A stretch of 61,901 bases of DNA, counting the filler, from Globobulimina sp. (Eukaryota), in the NCBI GenBank assembly GCA_003354225.1. It is 24 parts of 24 records of this genome, joined end to end, with 100 filler letters (N's around TTAATTAATTAA, not from the genome) between each part and the next. Parts side by side here need not be neighbours in the genome. Positions count along the whole stretch, not along the records: positions 49,093 to 51,574 come from PIVH01006421.1; positions 51,675 to 54,156 come from PIVH01006422.1; positions 54,257 to 56,738 come from PIVH01006423.1; positions 56,839 to 59,320 come from PIVH01006424.1; positions 59,421 to 61,901 come from PIVH01006425.1; 19 more parts are not named here. One strand, given 5' to 3'. The notes beneath the pieces were generated by a model that had not been told where the DNA came from, did not search any database, and saw only the letters and a list, made by a program, of their open reading frames with translations. Within the stretch, counting starts at the first letter, position 1, and each line of letters begins with the position of its first letter. Of the stretch, positions 49,093 to 60,004 are shown piece after piece. The position numbers and the translations under genes are program-made.

Positions 49093-49761
49093 ATACAAAT
49101 AAAAGCAAATGCAAAGCAGATTTTGTGTGTGCTTTATTCTCATCGAATCTATAAGAATTAGTCCCGCATTTAAATGAATAACAATAATATTGCGTGTTTT
49201 TAGGTGTTATGTCCGATATTTTATCATCCTGCGATGAACAGTCAACTTTGTCATACTCTGTTCTTGTAATCATATTATCCGTACACTTTAATATAAATCC
49301 TTTATCGTTATATTCAAAACATTGATCAATGACAGCAGCAGCTGTGCTGTAATAACCTCCAGAACATGATGGGTCGTCATACATTTTAAACTCCACCAAT
49401 TTATTGTTATTATTTGCGTTCTCTTTGCATGTACAATGTGGCCTAATGCATGCGGCCGTATCTACCACATCTGGCTCTCCTTCACATTCTGTATTATATT
49501 TCCATATTTTGGTCACCCAATTTCCATTACGGCATTCAAATCGTGACGATTCACCGATATCCGTTGGTGTTGATCTCAGTATATTGCCTATATGCACAAA
49601 ATATAAAAATAAAAAACAAAATATAATGCATTGCGCGTACAATAGTCAAAGGCCCATATTTCTTTGTTTTCAACCCAAAATCCATAGTTTGATGGTTCAG
49701 TGCTTGATCCATAACAATAACAAGCGAATCCTATAAAAAAAGCTACTAATGCAACAAACAT
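49093..49761 (-). CDS. Secreted or surface Cys-rich protein, possibly GPI-anchored
   Basis: Signal peptide MFVALVAFFIGFACYCYG. One intron. Two C-x-N/D...Y...C modules. Hydrophobic end SALHLLLFV at the contig edge. Confidence 0.6.
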
Positions 49762-49897
49762 GTTGTGATTGGTTGAGTTTTTACTAGATTTCAAATTCAA
49801 TGTTGTGATAACTGATAAAGAGAGGATTTGTGTATCAATACGAACAGACACAAACAATATTGAACACAAATTTAAAATAATTACAAGCTAAAATCGA

Positions 49898-51318
49898 CTA
49901 ATTTTCATTATCAGACTTAGCTAATTCAGGATGTTCATCCGCATAAACCGAAGCTCTCAATAACGGCGACTTTCCTTTATATTTATTCCATTCCTCAAGA
50001 ACCTCTTTCGACTGCGGTCTCCCAATCGATTTATTGTTGGGCGCGTAATTAAACTCATCCCCTTCTATACAATCGAGCTCATTCATTTTATCCCAAGATA
50101 TCCGCATAAAATCCTTACTGAACAATACAACCAACCACCAAATATGTGTTACACTCCATATAATACAAAATGTGATGGCGATCCACGTGTCGATGGCCGC
50201 CCTTTTCTCAATGTCTTGAATAGGGCGCCATGAGGTAATACCAACAAATGCATTTTCAAATATTAGCAAGGTTAACATAATAAAACCTTCCAATAAATAG
50301 TAATCCATAATTGTGAGGTAATTGACTTTGGGCAATTGTTCAGTGATCACATAGCGGAATGCGACAGCGGTCAACATTAAGGTCACTGAAATGGATAACT
50401 TGTCAGAGATAAATTGCTTGTCTTCGTCATCGATCATTATTGGAAAGGAGGCAAAGGCCGCCACCACAATCAAGCAATTTGGGATTATGATGCTTGCAAA
50501 ATAAAATCCCGGCTGTCGCTCGACACGCAAACGGATCGATAATGGCTGCTCACCGCTAAAATCTATCCACGGACTTAACATCTCATATTCTGTAATGGAT
50601 GAACTATAGAAATGTAAAAATAACATATGTGCGAATATGCGTATATATCAAATGAGAAATAACAGTTTATATCTTAACAGCATTCGGACCGCAAATGGTT
50701 TTCTAAAATCTTCGTTTTGTACCCAATCCGGTGGATTTATGATCCAATTCCAATTAAATCGTTTGCTATTTACATCTTTGCCAGTCCAGGCATTAAAAGC
50801 CATGCTTAAAAACTGCCGATCCATTGGAAATCTCTGCAGTTCCATTCTTTCGACAAATTCGACGGTCACAACTACCATCATATACATGGTGGAGGTCTCT
50901 GGCAAATACCGCAATATCACCGGCTCGCTGTTCTCCCATATCTTGTTCTCGAATATTTCAGTTAATTTTATTGGCGAATCATTTTCTAAATCCTCAAAAA
51001 ATATGCCATCCAAATAATTTGGACATTGTGCGGGAATACCAAAATCTAATGCATATTTTTGTTGTTGTTGTTAGTTTTTAATTTAAAAATAAATAAATAC
51101 AAACCTTGCCAAAATAAATGAATCTCTACGGATGCGTGCCATTTTTGGCTTGTTACGTCAATGTCTTGTACGGTTATTTCAAACCATGGGTAGATATCTA
51201 TTGGAACATTGCGATCATGTGTCATTTTTACAGGCACTGAGCTCGCATGAACCATATCTTCAGGCCCAGCGCCAAGAACTGCAAGTTCATCTTCTTTCGA
51301 GTCCTTCGAGTCGGTCAT
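49898..51318 (-). CDS. Pentameric ligand-gated ion channel, Cys-less (Pro-loop) type
   Basis: VQDIDVTSQKWHASVEIHLFW, MELQRFPMDRQ (F-P-x-D Pro-loop with no flanking Cys), LRVERQPGFY, M1-M4 with DKLSISVTLMLTAVAF and LPKVNYLTIMDYY. Two introns. Confidence 0.9.
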
Positions 51319-51674
51319 TGTCTTTTTAGTTTTTGAGAATTTGTAGTTGTAAAATTAAGAAAGTTTAATAATGTAAAAATACGACACAACCTGGACGATA
51401 TTCTAAAACTAAAATTAACATAAATTGCAAACTCCAATCAAGATTTCATAAAAATAAAAAAAAAAAAATAAAATTAATCATGGTCTGTTTGGTTGCCTTG
51501 TATTTCCTTTTTGGAAGACTTTGCGTTTTTTCTTTATTGGTACCTCCGAGCCTTAATCCGTTGTTTCAGTATTTNNNNNNNNNNNNNNNNNNNNNNNNNN
51601 NNNNNNNNNNNNNNNNNNTTAATTAATTAANNNNNNNNNNNNNNNNNNNNNNNNNNNNNNNNNNNNNNNNNNNN

Positions 51675-54156
51675 ATGCTACAACTTCACAAGAAGCAGCC
51701 TCGTTTTGGACACCCGGTAAACAATATTTCTTTGAACCTAGGCAATTAATAGGAGGAAGTTTAATACTAGCCACAGCGCTAGTGGTAACGTTTCCAGTCA
51801 GTTGTGGCACGTGCATTCCAGTACGAGTACTGAATGCATTGCCCTACAATATGGTATTGTATGCAAAGTCTACTTTAGGCCATATAACGGAATTCCTACC
51901 TAATTCGGATTCAGAGGTATTTGGGGTAAACCTTGATGGCACCCCAGTCAACCCAGCCAATGATTCCTACGCTTGGCTCGCCGATTTAGATTTGTCAGAT
52001 ACCGATCTGACTAATCTCGAGAAACAAACAGTGGTCGAAACACTGAAAAATTACGCGATATCCTTCAGTCACGCCAAAAATGACTATGGGCACACAACCT
52101 TAGTGGAGCACAAGGTTGATGTTGGGGATAATGGTCCCATTAGGCAACGCCCTTATCGTATACCATTCAAGCAACGGTTTTTGGTGGAGGAGCATGTGGC
52201 AGACATGCTCAAAAAGGGAGTAATTGCGCCGTCAACCTCCCCGTGGGCCTCGCCTATCTTGTTGGTGCCTAAAAAGGATGGGGAAATGCGTTTCTGTGTC
52301 GACTTCAGAAAGGTCAATGCTATCACGAAAAAGAATAGCAGGCCTCTGCCGCGGTGTGACGATTTGATAGATCTAATCGGATCTGGCAAATCAAGAGACA
52401 CCCGTCGTTTTTTTTGTTCGCTCGATTTGACCGCAGGGTACTGGAATGTACCCATGGAAGAAAGTAGTAAAGAAATTACTGCTTTTTGCACGCATCACGG
52501 ACTTTGGCAATTCTTAGTACTGCCATTCGGTCTTACGAATGCACCGGCAACTTTTCAGGAAATGATGGAGAATATACTCGTAGGCGTCGATAGAGCACTA
52601 ATATATCTAGATGATGTCCTAATCGTTGGGGACACATTCGAAGAAACGCTAGATTTATTAGTTATCGTTTTCAAATGGATCGCTGATGCCGGGTTAAAGT
52701 TCAAACTAAAGAAATGCAGTCTGTTCAAGCGTGAGACTGAGTTTCTTGGTTTTGTTGTCGGTCGTGATGGGATAAAACCGTCTCCCAAGAAAATAACCGC
52801 CGTCAAAAGTAGACTGCCACCTGAGAACCTAACTGATTTACGCCGTTTTCTCGGTTTTTGTTCTTATTACCGTCGTTTAGTGGCTGAATTTTCTACTGTC
52901 GCCGCTCCTTTGTATGCACTAACTAAAAAGGAGACTAAATTTGAATGGAGTGAAAACTGTCAAAATGCGTTTGATGAGCTTAAGCGTAGACTAACAACTG
53001 CACCCGTTTTAGCTTATCCCGATTTTCGTTATCCATTTATAATCGAAACTGATGCTTCTCTTGTTGGTCTAGGCGCCGTCCTATCACAAGAAATCGATAA
53101 AGTCCGCCGACCCATCGCGTACGCTTCTCGTTTGCTTACACCAATAGAGCGTAAAACGTTCAGTGCTGTTGTTGCAGAAGCCACTGCAGTACTCTTTGCT
53201 GTGCATAAAGCGTTTCGTTGTTATGTATGGGGTTATCCGATTACGGTAGAAACCGACTCGTCTTGCCTAAAATGGCTTTTGTCTGCCACTCATGCAAATT
53301 CTAAGTTAGCTAAATTCGCGTTGCAATTGCAGGGTTATGACCTTACAATTAAACACCGATCTGGTAAATCCAATTTAGCTGCTGATGATTTGTCTCGTGT
53401 TGAGGTACAACCCGACGAAACTGACAAAACTGACCGAGTTGATGTTTTAAGTAAACTGGAACCAGAAACATCTGACCCAACTATTACTGTGGACAATGCA
53501 ATTAATTTGCCTAGACTACAGCGTGAAGATGTTTCGTTGGTGCCCATGATCGATTACTTAACGTCACGTACACTACCTACCGATGAAAAAGCAGCCAAAG
53601 ATTTAATCTATTCAGGACAGTTCTATACTATAGATGATAATATTCTCTATCGTATTGAGCCTAAGAGCCGCAATTTAACGCTTTTAGTTGTTCCCGAACC
53701 GCTGAAACAAGAAATAATTTTGGCCAGCCATGATAGTATCTTCTCGGGACACATGGCACTGCGTCGAACTTATCTTCGAGCCAAAGCACGTTACTTTTGG
53801 TTTGGAATGTTCAGTGATATAAAACGACACTGTCTTTCCTGTTTCAAGTGTGCTTCGCGTAAAGCACCCGCTAAAAAAATCATGGCTCCGCTTGGTCGAT
53901 TGCCCCCGGTTTCATACCCCTTCGATCGTGTGGCCTGCGATATTTTAGGACCATTGCCGTTGACCTACAATGGGAATAAATATATCGTAGTGTTCACAGA
54001 TTATTTGACAAAATGGGTCGAAGTTTTCTCAACTTCAGACATGACAGCTTCAACGCTGGCGCGTTTGTTTGTTGAGGGGATCGTTTGTCGATTTAGCAGC
54101 CCTCGAGTTCTGCTTACCGATCGTGGTACACAGTTTACTTCTGATCTCATGCGGGA
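51675..54156 (+). mobile_element. Ty3/Gypsy LTR retrotransposon pol: RT, RNase H, integrase; both ends truncated
   Basis: SPWASPILLVPKKDGEMRFCVDFRKVN, LDLTAGYW, LPFGLTNAPATFQ, IYLDDVLI. RNase H ETDASLVGLGAVLSQ. Integrase H..GH...CFKC, VACDILGP, LTDRGTQF. Confidence 0.96.
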
Positions 54157-54780
54157 NNNNNNNNNNNNNNNNNNNNNNNNNNNNNNNNNNNNNNNNNNNN
54201 TTAATTAATTAANNNNNNNNNNNNNNNNNNNNNNNNNNNNNNNNNNNNNNNNNNNNGAGAGTGAACGCGAGGAGTTTCTGCAGGTTTTGGGTGCGGCGGA
54301 GGACTGGATATGGGACGTTGAGAAGGAGAGTGCCGGCGTGTATAAGGCGAAAATCCGCGAGTTGAAGAAGGTGGGCAAGCCATTGTTTTTGCGAGCGGAT
54401 GAGCTGAGTGCTCGGCCTGCGGCCATTGGTGCGGGCGGGAGGACGTTAAACCAATTTGAGTCTGCAAATGGCCATTTACATTGTGGCCAATTACGACGTC
54501 GTGGGGAGGACAAAGGTGTCTCTGTATATGCAGATGGTGGCGGAGATGAGGAAGAGACATATGAAGCAACACAAAGAAGGACGGCGACGTTGGATGAATC
54601 TGAGAATCAAGGTATACATTATTTGCATATTCTATACCTATTAAAACAAACTTTGATGAATGTGTCATTTTTGTGTTTTTGTGTGTTGTGTTGTGATAAG
54701 ATGGATATTGTGGTAGTTATGAAATTATTGCGGTGGTATTATTGTTTGTGGTGTATGGCATTACCATTAATATTCCAACA

Positions 54781-56493
54781 ATGGGCTGTTTTAAAACTAC
54801 TTTATTGCTAATCATTGGATTATGTTTTAAACTCTCTGTCACTTTAAATATTACAGCTGGAGCTCATCATACATGTGCATTGTCGACCAGTGATGCCCTC
54901 AAATGTTGGGGAGAGAATTTTTTTGGTCAGTTAGGATATGGAGATACGGATTGGAGAGGAGATGGAGCAAATGAAATGGGAGATGCCTTATTAGAGATTG
55001 ATTTGGGAGTTAATTTCACTGCGACACAGATTGTAGCTGGAGGTGATCATACATGTGCATTGTCGACAAGTGATGCCCTCAAATGTTGGGGGATGAATAA
55101 TTATGGTCAGTTAGGATATGGAGATGTAAATGATAGAGGAGATGGAGCAAATGAAATGGGAGATTATTTATTTGAGATTGATTTGGGAGTTGGATTCACT
55201 GCGACACAGATTGTAGCTGGACGCTACCATACATGTGCATTGTCGACCAATAATGCACTCAAATGTTGGGGGAGGAATAATTATGGTCAGTTAGGATATG
55301 GTGGTGTAAATAGCAGAGGAGATGGAGCAAACGAAATGGGGGATGCCTTATTAGAGATTGATTTGGGATCTGGCTTTACTGCGACACAGATTGTAGCTGG
55401 ATGGTACCATATATGTGCATTGTCGACCAATAATGCAGTCAAATGCTGGGGATATAATTCTTTTGGTCAGTTAGGATATGGAGATACGGCTCGGAGAGGA
55501 GATGGAGCAAATGAAATGGGAGATGCCTTATTAGATATTGATTTGGGAGTTGGTTTCACTGCGACACAGATTGTAGCTGGAGGTGAGCATACATGTGCAT
55601 TGTCGACCAATAATGCAGTCAAATGTTGGGGATATAATTTGTTTGGTCAGTTAGGATATGGAGATACAAATAACAGAGGAGATGGAGCAAACGAAATGGG
55701 AGATGCCTTATTAGAGATTGATTTGGGAATTAATTTCACTGCGACACAGATTGTAGCTGGATATGCCCACACATGTGCATTGTCGACCAGTGATGCCCTC
55801 AAATGTTGGGGATATAATGGTTATGGTCAGTTAGGATATGGAGATACGGATTGGAGAGGAGATGGAGCAAACGAAATGGGAGACGCCTTATTAGAGATTG
55901 ATTTGGGATCTGGCTTTACTGCGACACAGATTGTAACTGGACATTATCATAATTGTGCATTGTCGACCAGTGACGCCCTCAAATGTTGGGGGTATAATAA
56001 TTATGGTCAGTTAGGATATGGAGATGTAAATAACAGAGGAGATGCAGCAAATGAAATGGGAGATTATTTATTAGAGATTGATATTGGGTCTGCTTTTACC
56101 ATATCCCCAACAGCAGCACCAACACAGGCAACACTTTCACCAACATTTCCACTCTCTGCACCTACCATATCCCCAAGCAACGCGCCATCGACAGCTCCAA
56201 CAGCAGCACCAAGCAGCGCGCCATCAACAGCTCCAACCATATCCCATACCAACTCACCATCAAAATCACCTTCTGATAATTATTTTGATTATGCATTTTA
56301 TGGATTTGGATGTATTGTTGCTGTTTTGCTCATAGTTGCAATTTTTTTCTTATTTAAAAAAAAATTGGGAAGTAGAAAAAAGATGAATTCAGTAACCAAG
56401 AAAAGATCAACACCACAAATTGAATTGCAATTCGGTGAGGTAGAGGACCAATCTAGTGATGGTATATCAAATCATTCGGATGAAATGGTATAA
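54781..56493 (+). CDS. Type I membrane receptor: signal peptide, seven RCC1/BLIP-II-like repeats, Pro/Thr/Ser stalk, TM, short cytoplasmic tail
   Basis: Signal MGCFKTTLLLIIGLCFKLSVT. Seven 60-aa units AG..HTCAL....KCWG.N..GQLGYGD...RGDGANEMGD. SPTAAPT stalk. TM FYGFGCIVAVLLIVAIFFLF followed by KKK. Confidence 0.92.
   Translation: MGCFKTTLLLIIGLCFKLSVTLNITAGAHHTCALSTSDALKCWGENFFGQLGYGDTDWRGDGANEMGDALLEIDLGVNFTATQIVAGGDHTCALSTSDALKCWGMNNYGQLGYGDVNDRGDGANEMGDYLFEIDLGVGFTATQIVAGRYHTCALSTNNALKCWGRNNYGQLGYGGVNSRGDGANEMGDALLEIDLGSGFTATQIVAGWYHICALSTNNAVKCWGYNSFGQLGYGDTARRGDGANEMGDALLDIDLGVGFTATQIVAGGEHTCALSTNNAVKCWGYNLFGQLGYGDTNNRGDGANEMGDALLEIDLGINFTATQIVAGYAHTCALSTSDALKCWGYNGYGQLGYGDTDWRGDGANEMGDALLEIDLGSGFTATQIVTGHYHNCALSTSDALKCWGYNNYGQLGYGDVNNRGDAANEMGDYLLEIDIGSAFTISPTAAPTQATLSPTFPLSAPTISPSNAPSTAPTAAPSSAPSTAPTISHTNSPSKSPSDNYFDYAFYGFGCIVAVLLIVAIFFLFKKKLGSRKKMNSVTKKRSTPQIELQFGEVEDQSSDGISNHSDEMV
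54850..56100 (+). repeat. Coding tandem array, 7 x 180 nt
   Basis: Exact 180-nt period. Blocks such as GCGACACAGATTGTA, GGTCAGTTAGGATATGG and AGAGGAGATG are shared by the units. Confidence 0.97.
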
Positions 56494-56838
56494 GTTCACT
56501 TTTTTTTGTATAAATAGTATGTATATACTTTTTTTTTATTAATGTGTTTGTCACCTTTTGCTCATTTGAGTGTGTGTGACAATACGTTATTAATATTATA
56601 ACATAGTACTTGTAGTACCTTTTTTTTTACATTTTAATAATAAGTAATACTGTATATGTAAATATTTCTCATGATCAATGATTTGGTTATTAATTAATTT
56701 GATTGTATGTGTTGTTTTGCATGTTTTTTTTTCTGTGANNNNNNNNNNNNNNNNNNNNNNNNNNNNNNNNNNNNNNNNNNNNTTAATTAATTAANNNNNN
56801 NNNNNNNNNNNNNNNNNNNNNNNNNNNNNNNNNNNNNN

Positions 56839-57844
56839 GCACAATTTGACAGGAAGATTGATCCGCGACGCCGTGGAAGATTATGGCTGTTCCATCGCGG
56901 ACAGATCGTTGAAGCGCGGAGGCAAAGACTGCTTTTTTTATCACGGCATAGATGGACATCGGATAATATTCAATACCACCATGATTCGGTTTTGTTCGCC
57001 AATCTCAACCTCGCGCTCCGCGAATATGATCCAAATGTACATCGATATGTCCTCCTCGACCGTGGGAATGGTGCTGCAATGCAAGGAGTATAGCAAATAT
57101 TTGCGGTTTTTCCAATCGAGCTGGTTGTCGATGCATAGCATGGAAGCAGAGCATATCTTTTGTGGCGGGGATTGGCCGTTGCGTATCAATTCGATATTGG
57201 ACGTTGGCTCCGTGTCGTCCTATAACTATAGATATTATTTGCGTGCAATCAATATAATCCAAGACTTGATTCGCGGCGAATATAACCATGAATGCGAGTA
57301 CATTGATAACAAAATCAAGTATGCGTTCAATCAGATATTTTCGTCGCGGCTTTGGATGCGAGATGCGATCCCAAAATATGTGGACAAATTGTTTGATAAA
57401 TATTGCGATAATTTGGGCGCTTCGATTGAGATCAATTTCGAATATATGAACGTGGATTGCAGCGGTTATCTGCAGATTAAATCGTCGATTATCGATCCGG
57501 ACCAATGTGACAGAATAAAATTCGATGTGTTGTGTTGCGTATTTAGTAATGTTACGATATTTAAATTTATCACATATAAATTATGTAAACAGACATTTAA
57601 TTATTTATTGGAGTTTTTAGGGGAGAAGAAACACGAAAAATTGTATGATTCGAAATTGAAATATGTTATATTTTCATCACCGAATGAAACCAAGTTGACC
57701 TGTAAAAATATTGTGAAATTATATCAAAAGAAATATAAACAAATTAATTGGTATATTGAGTATAAAAAAAAAGATCAATTTGGTCAGCCTGTCCTATTGA
57801 TTTGCGATCATAAAATTAAAATGGATGATTGTGTCATAATGTAA
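56839..57844 (+). CDS. ADP-ribosyltransferase-like (ARTC/toxin-type fold) protein, 5' truncated
   Basis: FFYHGI (R/H strand), FCSPISTSRS (STS motif) and SWLSMHSMEAEHIF (ExE) in canonical order and spacing. Confidence 0.65.
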
Positions 57845-57996
57845 TTAACAGAATCTAGTTTTTTTCTTGTAATTATTTTATTCTCTTTTCGTTTTTTAAT
57901 ATATTAAATGGTTTATGCCTTGCAACACAATTAATTTATCAAAGTTTTTTTACTACAACTAACTTATTTCTTTAACATTTTCGCAATTTCGCAATT

Positions 57997-58749
57997 ATGG
58001 GTAACAAAATATATTATTACTGTCCGTCATGCGGTGATGAAGTATGGGCGTACAGTGGTTTCGAAGGAAATACATGCTGGGGATGCAAAGGCTCCAAACC
58101 GACCACAGACAAAGGTTCCTGGTATGACTTAATGGGGAGAAGAGCGGCAGAACTTCCCTCCAATTTAAGCCAATTTTATGACAGTTCAGGTGGCAAAGTA
58201 ACGTTAACATATAATTCTGGTAAAGCCAATGTTGTATTTACCAATGTTTTGCCAAAGAAAAGATGGCTAAAAGTGGCTGGATATACCGAATTCAATAAGA
58301 CGTATACATGTGGTTTAAATGCGATTAATATGGGATTAAAAATATGGGATTATAATAAACAATGGAAATTAAGTGATTATTCATATAAATATTTTGCAAA
58401 TGCAAAATGGGGAATGTCTGGCTCAAAATTTTATGATTGTAATGTAAAAAAAGCATTTAAACATTGTGGGTATACATATCATGAAACATTTGCAGGGATT
58501 GGAGCGTTTCCATTTAAATGGAATTATATCGACGATAATGATTATAGTCAATATTGCGTGATTGGAATGGGTGGATATGGATTGGGGGCGCATTATTTCT
58601 TAATTATTGGTGTTGACACCGAGAAGCAACATTATTTGATTACTGATCAAACAGAGAATGTTTGGGTTGCGGGCACTAAATTGATGAGAACGGCACTTAT
58701 TTATCAGAATAACGGTTATTCGCAACATTCACTTTATAAAATAGGATAA
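57997..58749 (+). CDS. Zn-ribbon + papain-fold C39-like cysteine peptidase
   Basis: N-terminal MGNK and CPSC...CWGC. Catalytic-like YTCGLNAINM, GAHYFLIIGVD and YLITD (Cys-His-Asp). Intronless. Confidence 0.6.
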   Translation: MGNKIYYYCPSCGDEVWAYSGFEGNTCWGCKGSKPTTDKGSWYDLMGRRAAELPSNLSQFYDSSGGKVTLTYNSGKANVVFTNVLPKKRWLKVAGYTEFNKTYTCGLNAINMGLKIWDYNKQWKLSDYSYKYFANAKWGMSGSKFYDCNVKKAFKHCGYTYHETFAGIGAFPFKWNYIDDNDYSQYCVIGMGGYGLGAHYFLIIGVDTEKQHYLITDQTENVWVAGTKLMRTALIYQNNGYSQHSLYKIG

Positions 58750-59420
58750 TTTATACACGCATTATCGCATGTTTTTTTTTTAATTTTTTGATTTTCTAAC
58801 GTGTAGTTTCTGTGTTTTGTTATGTTTGTGAGTTATTTGGCTGATAAAAGCCAGTATACTCCATATAATTTAAGTTAAGGCATCACAGATTCAGATTTAT
58901 TAGCAACTGTAACAATATTTGCCATTTGTCGCTCGTATATGCAGAATAATGAGAAATAGTGATTTATCGTATATTCAGCAATGATGACGTACTGCATTTA
59001 AATGAATAAATATTTTTTTAACGAGAAACGGTCCGAATGTCCGATGATTGAAATCTGACTCACATACAAAATGCTCGGAATTGGTGTCTGGCAGATGATA
59101 AAAGAATTCCTGAGGATATATTTCTTCAAAACTTTGAACGAAATGAAAGAACGCTCATAATATATTCAAGTAAACAACGCAAAACCAACGTACATAAAAT
59201 AAACGAGAAAAACAAAGAAAACAAAAAAATAAATTAGTATTAACGGATATATAAAAAATTTATAAGCAGAAAAAAAGTCGTAAGTATTTATTGCGGCGGC
59301 GGTCCAGGCGGTGGAGGTACNNNNNNNNNNNNNNNNNNNNNNNNNNNNNNNNNNNNNNNNNNNNTTAATTAATTAANNNNNNNNNNNNNNNNNNNNNNNN
59401 NNNNNNNNNNNNNNNNNNNN

Positions 59421-59686
59421 GTACCATATCAAATTGCATGCAAACCATTGCAAGATGGGATGAAGGATTAACAGAGCCAAAATATTCAAATAATTTTGGT
59501 GGACAATGGCAGTTTGTGTATACAAATGGCGATGGCTGTGATGATGGACCAGGGAGTGTGGTGGCTGTATTTTGGAATTGTAATCCTTTGGCAGGCACTG
59601 GGGTTATAACCGCGGCCAAGGAAACAGGAACATGTAGTTTTGAGATACATTTAGATTCTAATTTAGCGTGTTCAACTGTACAATAA
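59421..59686 (+). CDS. Mannose-6-phosphate-receptor-homology (MRH/ATG27-like) domain, C-terminal fragment
   Basis: YTNGDGC...VFWNCNP...ETGTCSFEIHLDSNLAC matches the MRH Y..G..C / C / E..C.Y/F....S..AC pattern. No TM follows. Confidence 0.65.
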
Positions 59687-60004
59687 AGTAAGTATTAAAA
59701 GATTGTGTTTTGTAATTCCGCACCATACAAACAAGCATATAAAGCCAGAGTTTGCTCGATTTTGGCGGCTAATCTGTTCTCCTGATGGTAACTCACAAAG
59801 CCGCTAAGACATGACATCAAGCAGTATATGACTTCATATTCATATTGTTTCATATGTCTCATGTTGGTCTTGTTGGTCTTGTTAGTTGTTAATGGTGTTG
59901 TGGTGTAGTTGCATGGCTTTGGATTATCTGTTTAAATGTAACATAGTCAAATTTAAAAGGCTTTAATAATGCGAATACATGCAAAAGTATTTAGTTATCT
60001 TGAA

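Noticed and set aside
54257-54811. GC-richer ORF 54287..54811 overlapping the receptor start
   Set aside because: Probably the end of an upstream gene running into UTR-like sequence. No domain is recognisable and the boundaries are unsupported.
54850-56100. Constant repeats with short variable inserts read as a CRISPR array or DGR target
   Set aside because: The units are in-frame 180-nt coding repeats with no spacers or cas genes. Variation is not adenine-specific, and no template repeat or linked RT is on the contig.
2486-59420. Regular ~2.58-kb periodicity of TTAATTAATTAA flanked by Ns, resembling a repeat array
   Set aside because: It is an artificial concatenation linker. ORFs ending in X...N or LIN are artefacts, and cross-contig gene neighbourhoods are meaningless.
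59762-59808. 9-bp stem TTGGCGGCT...AGCCGCTAA in the 3' region of the MRH gene
   Set aside because: It is an isolated hairpin with no SECIS quartet, tRNA or snoRNA boxes.
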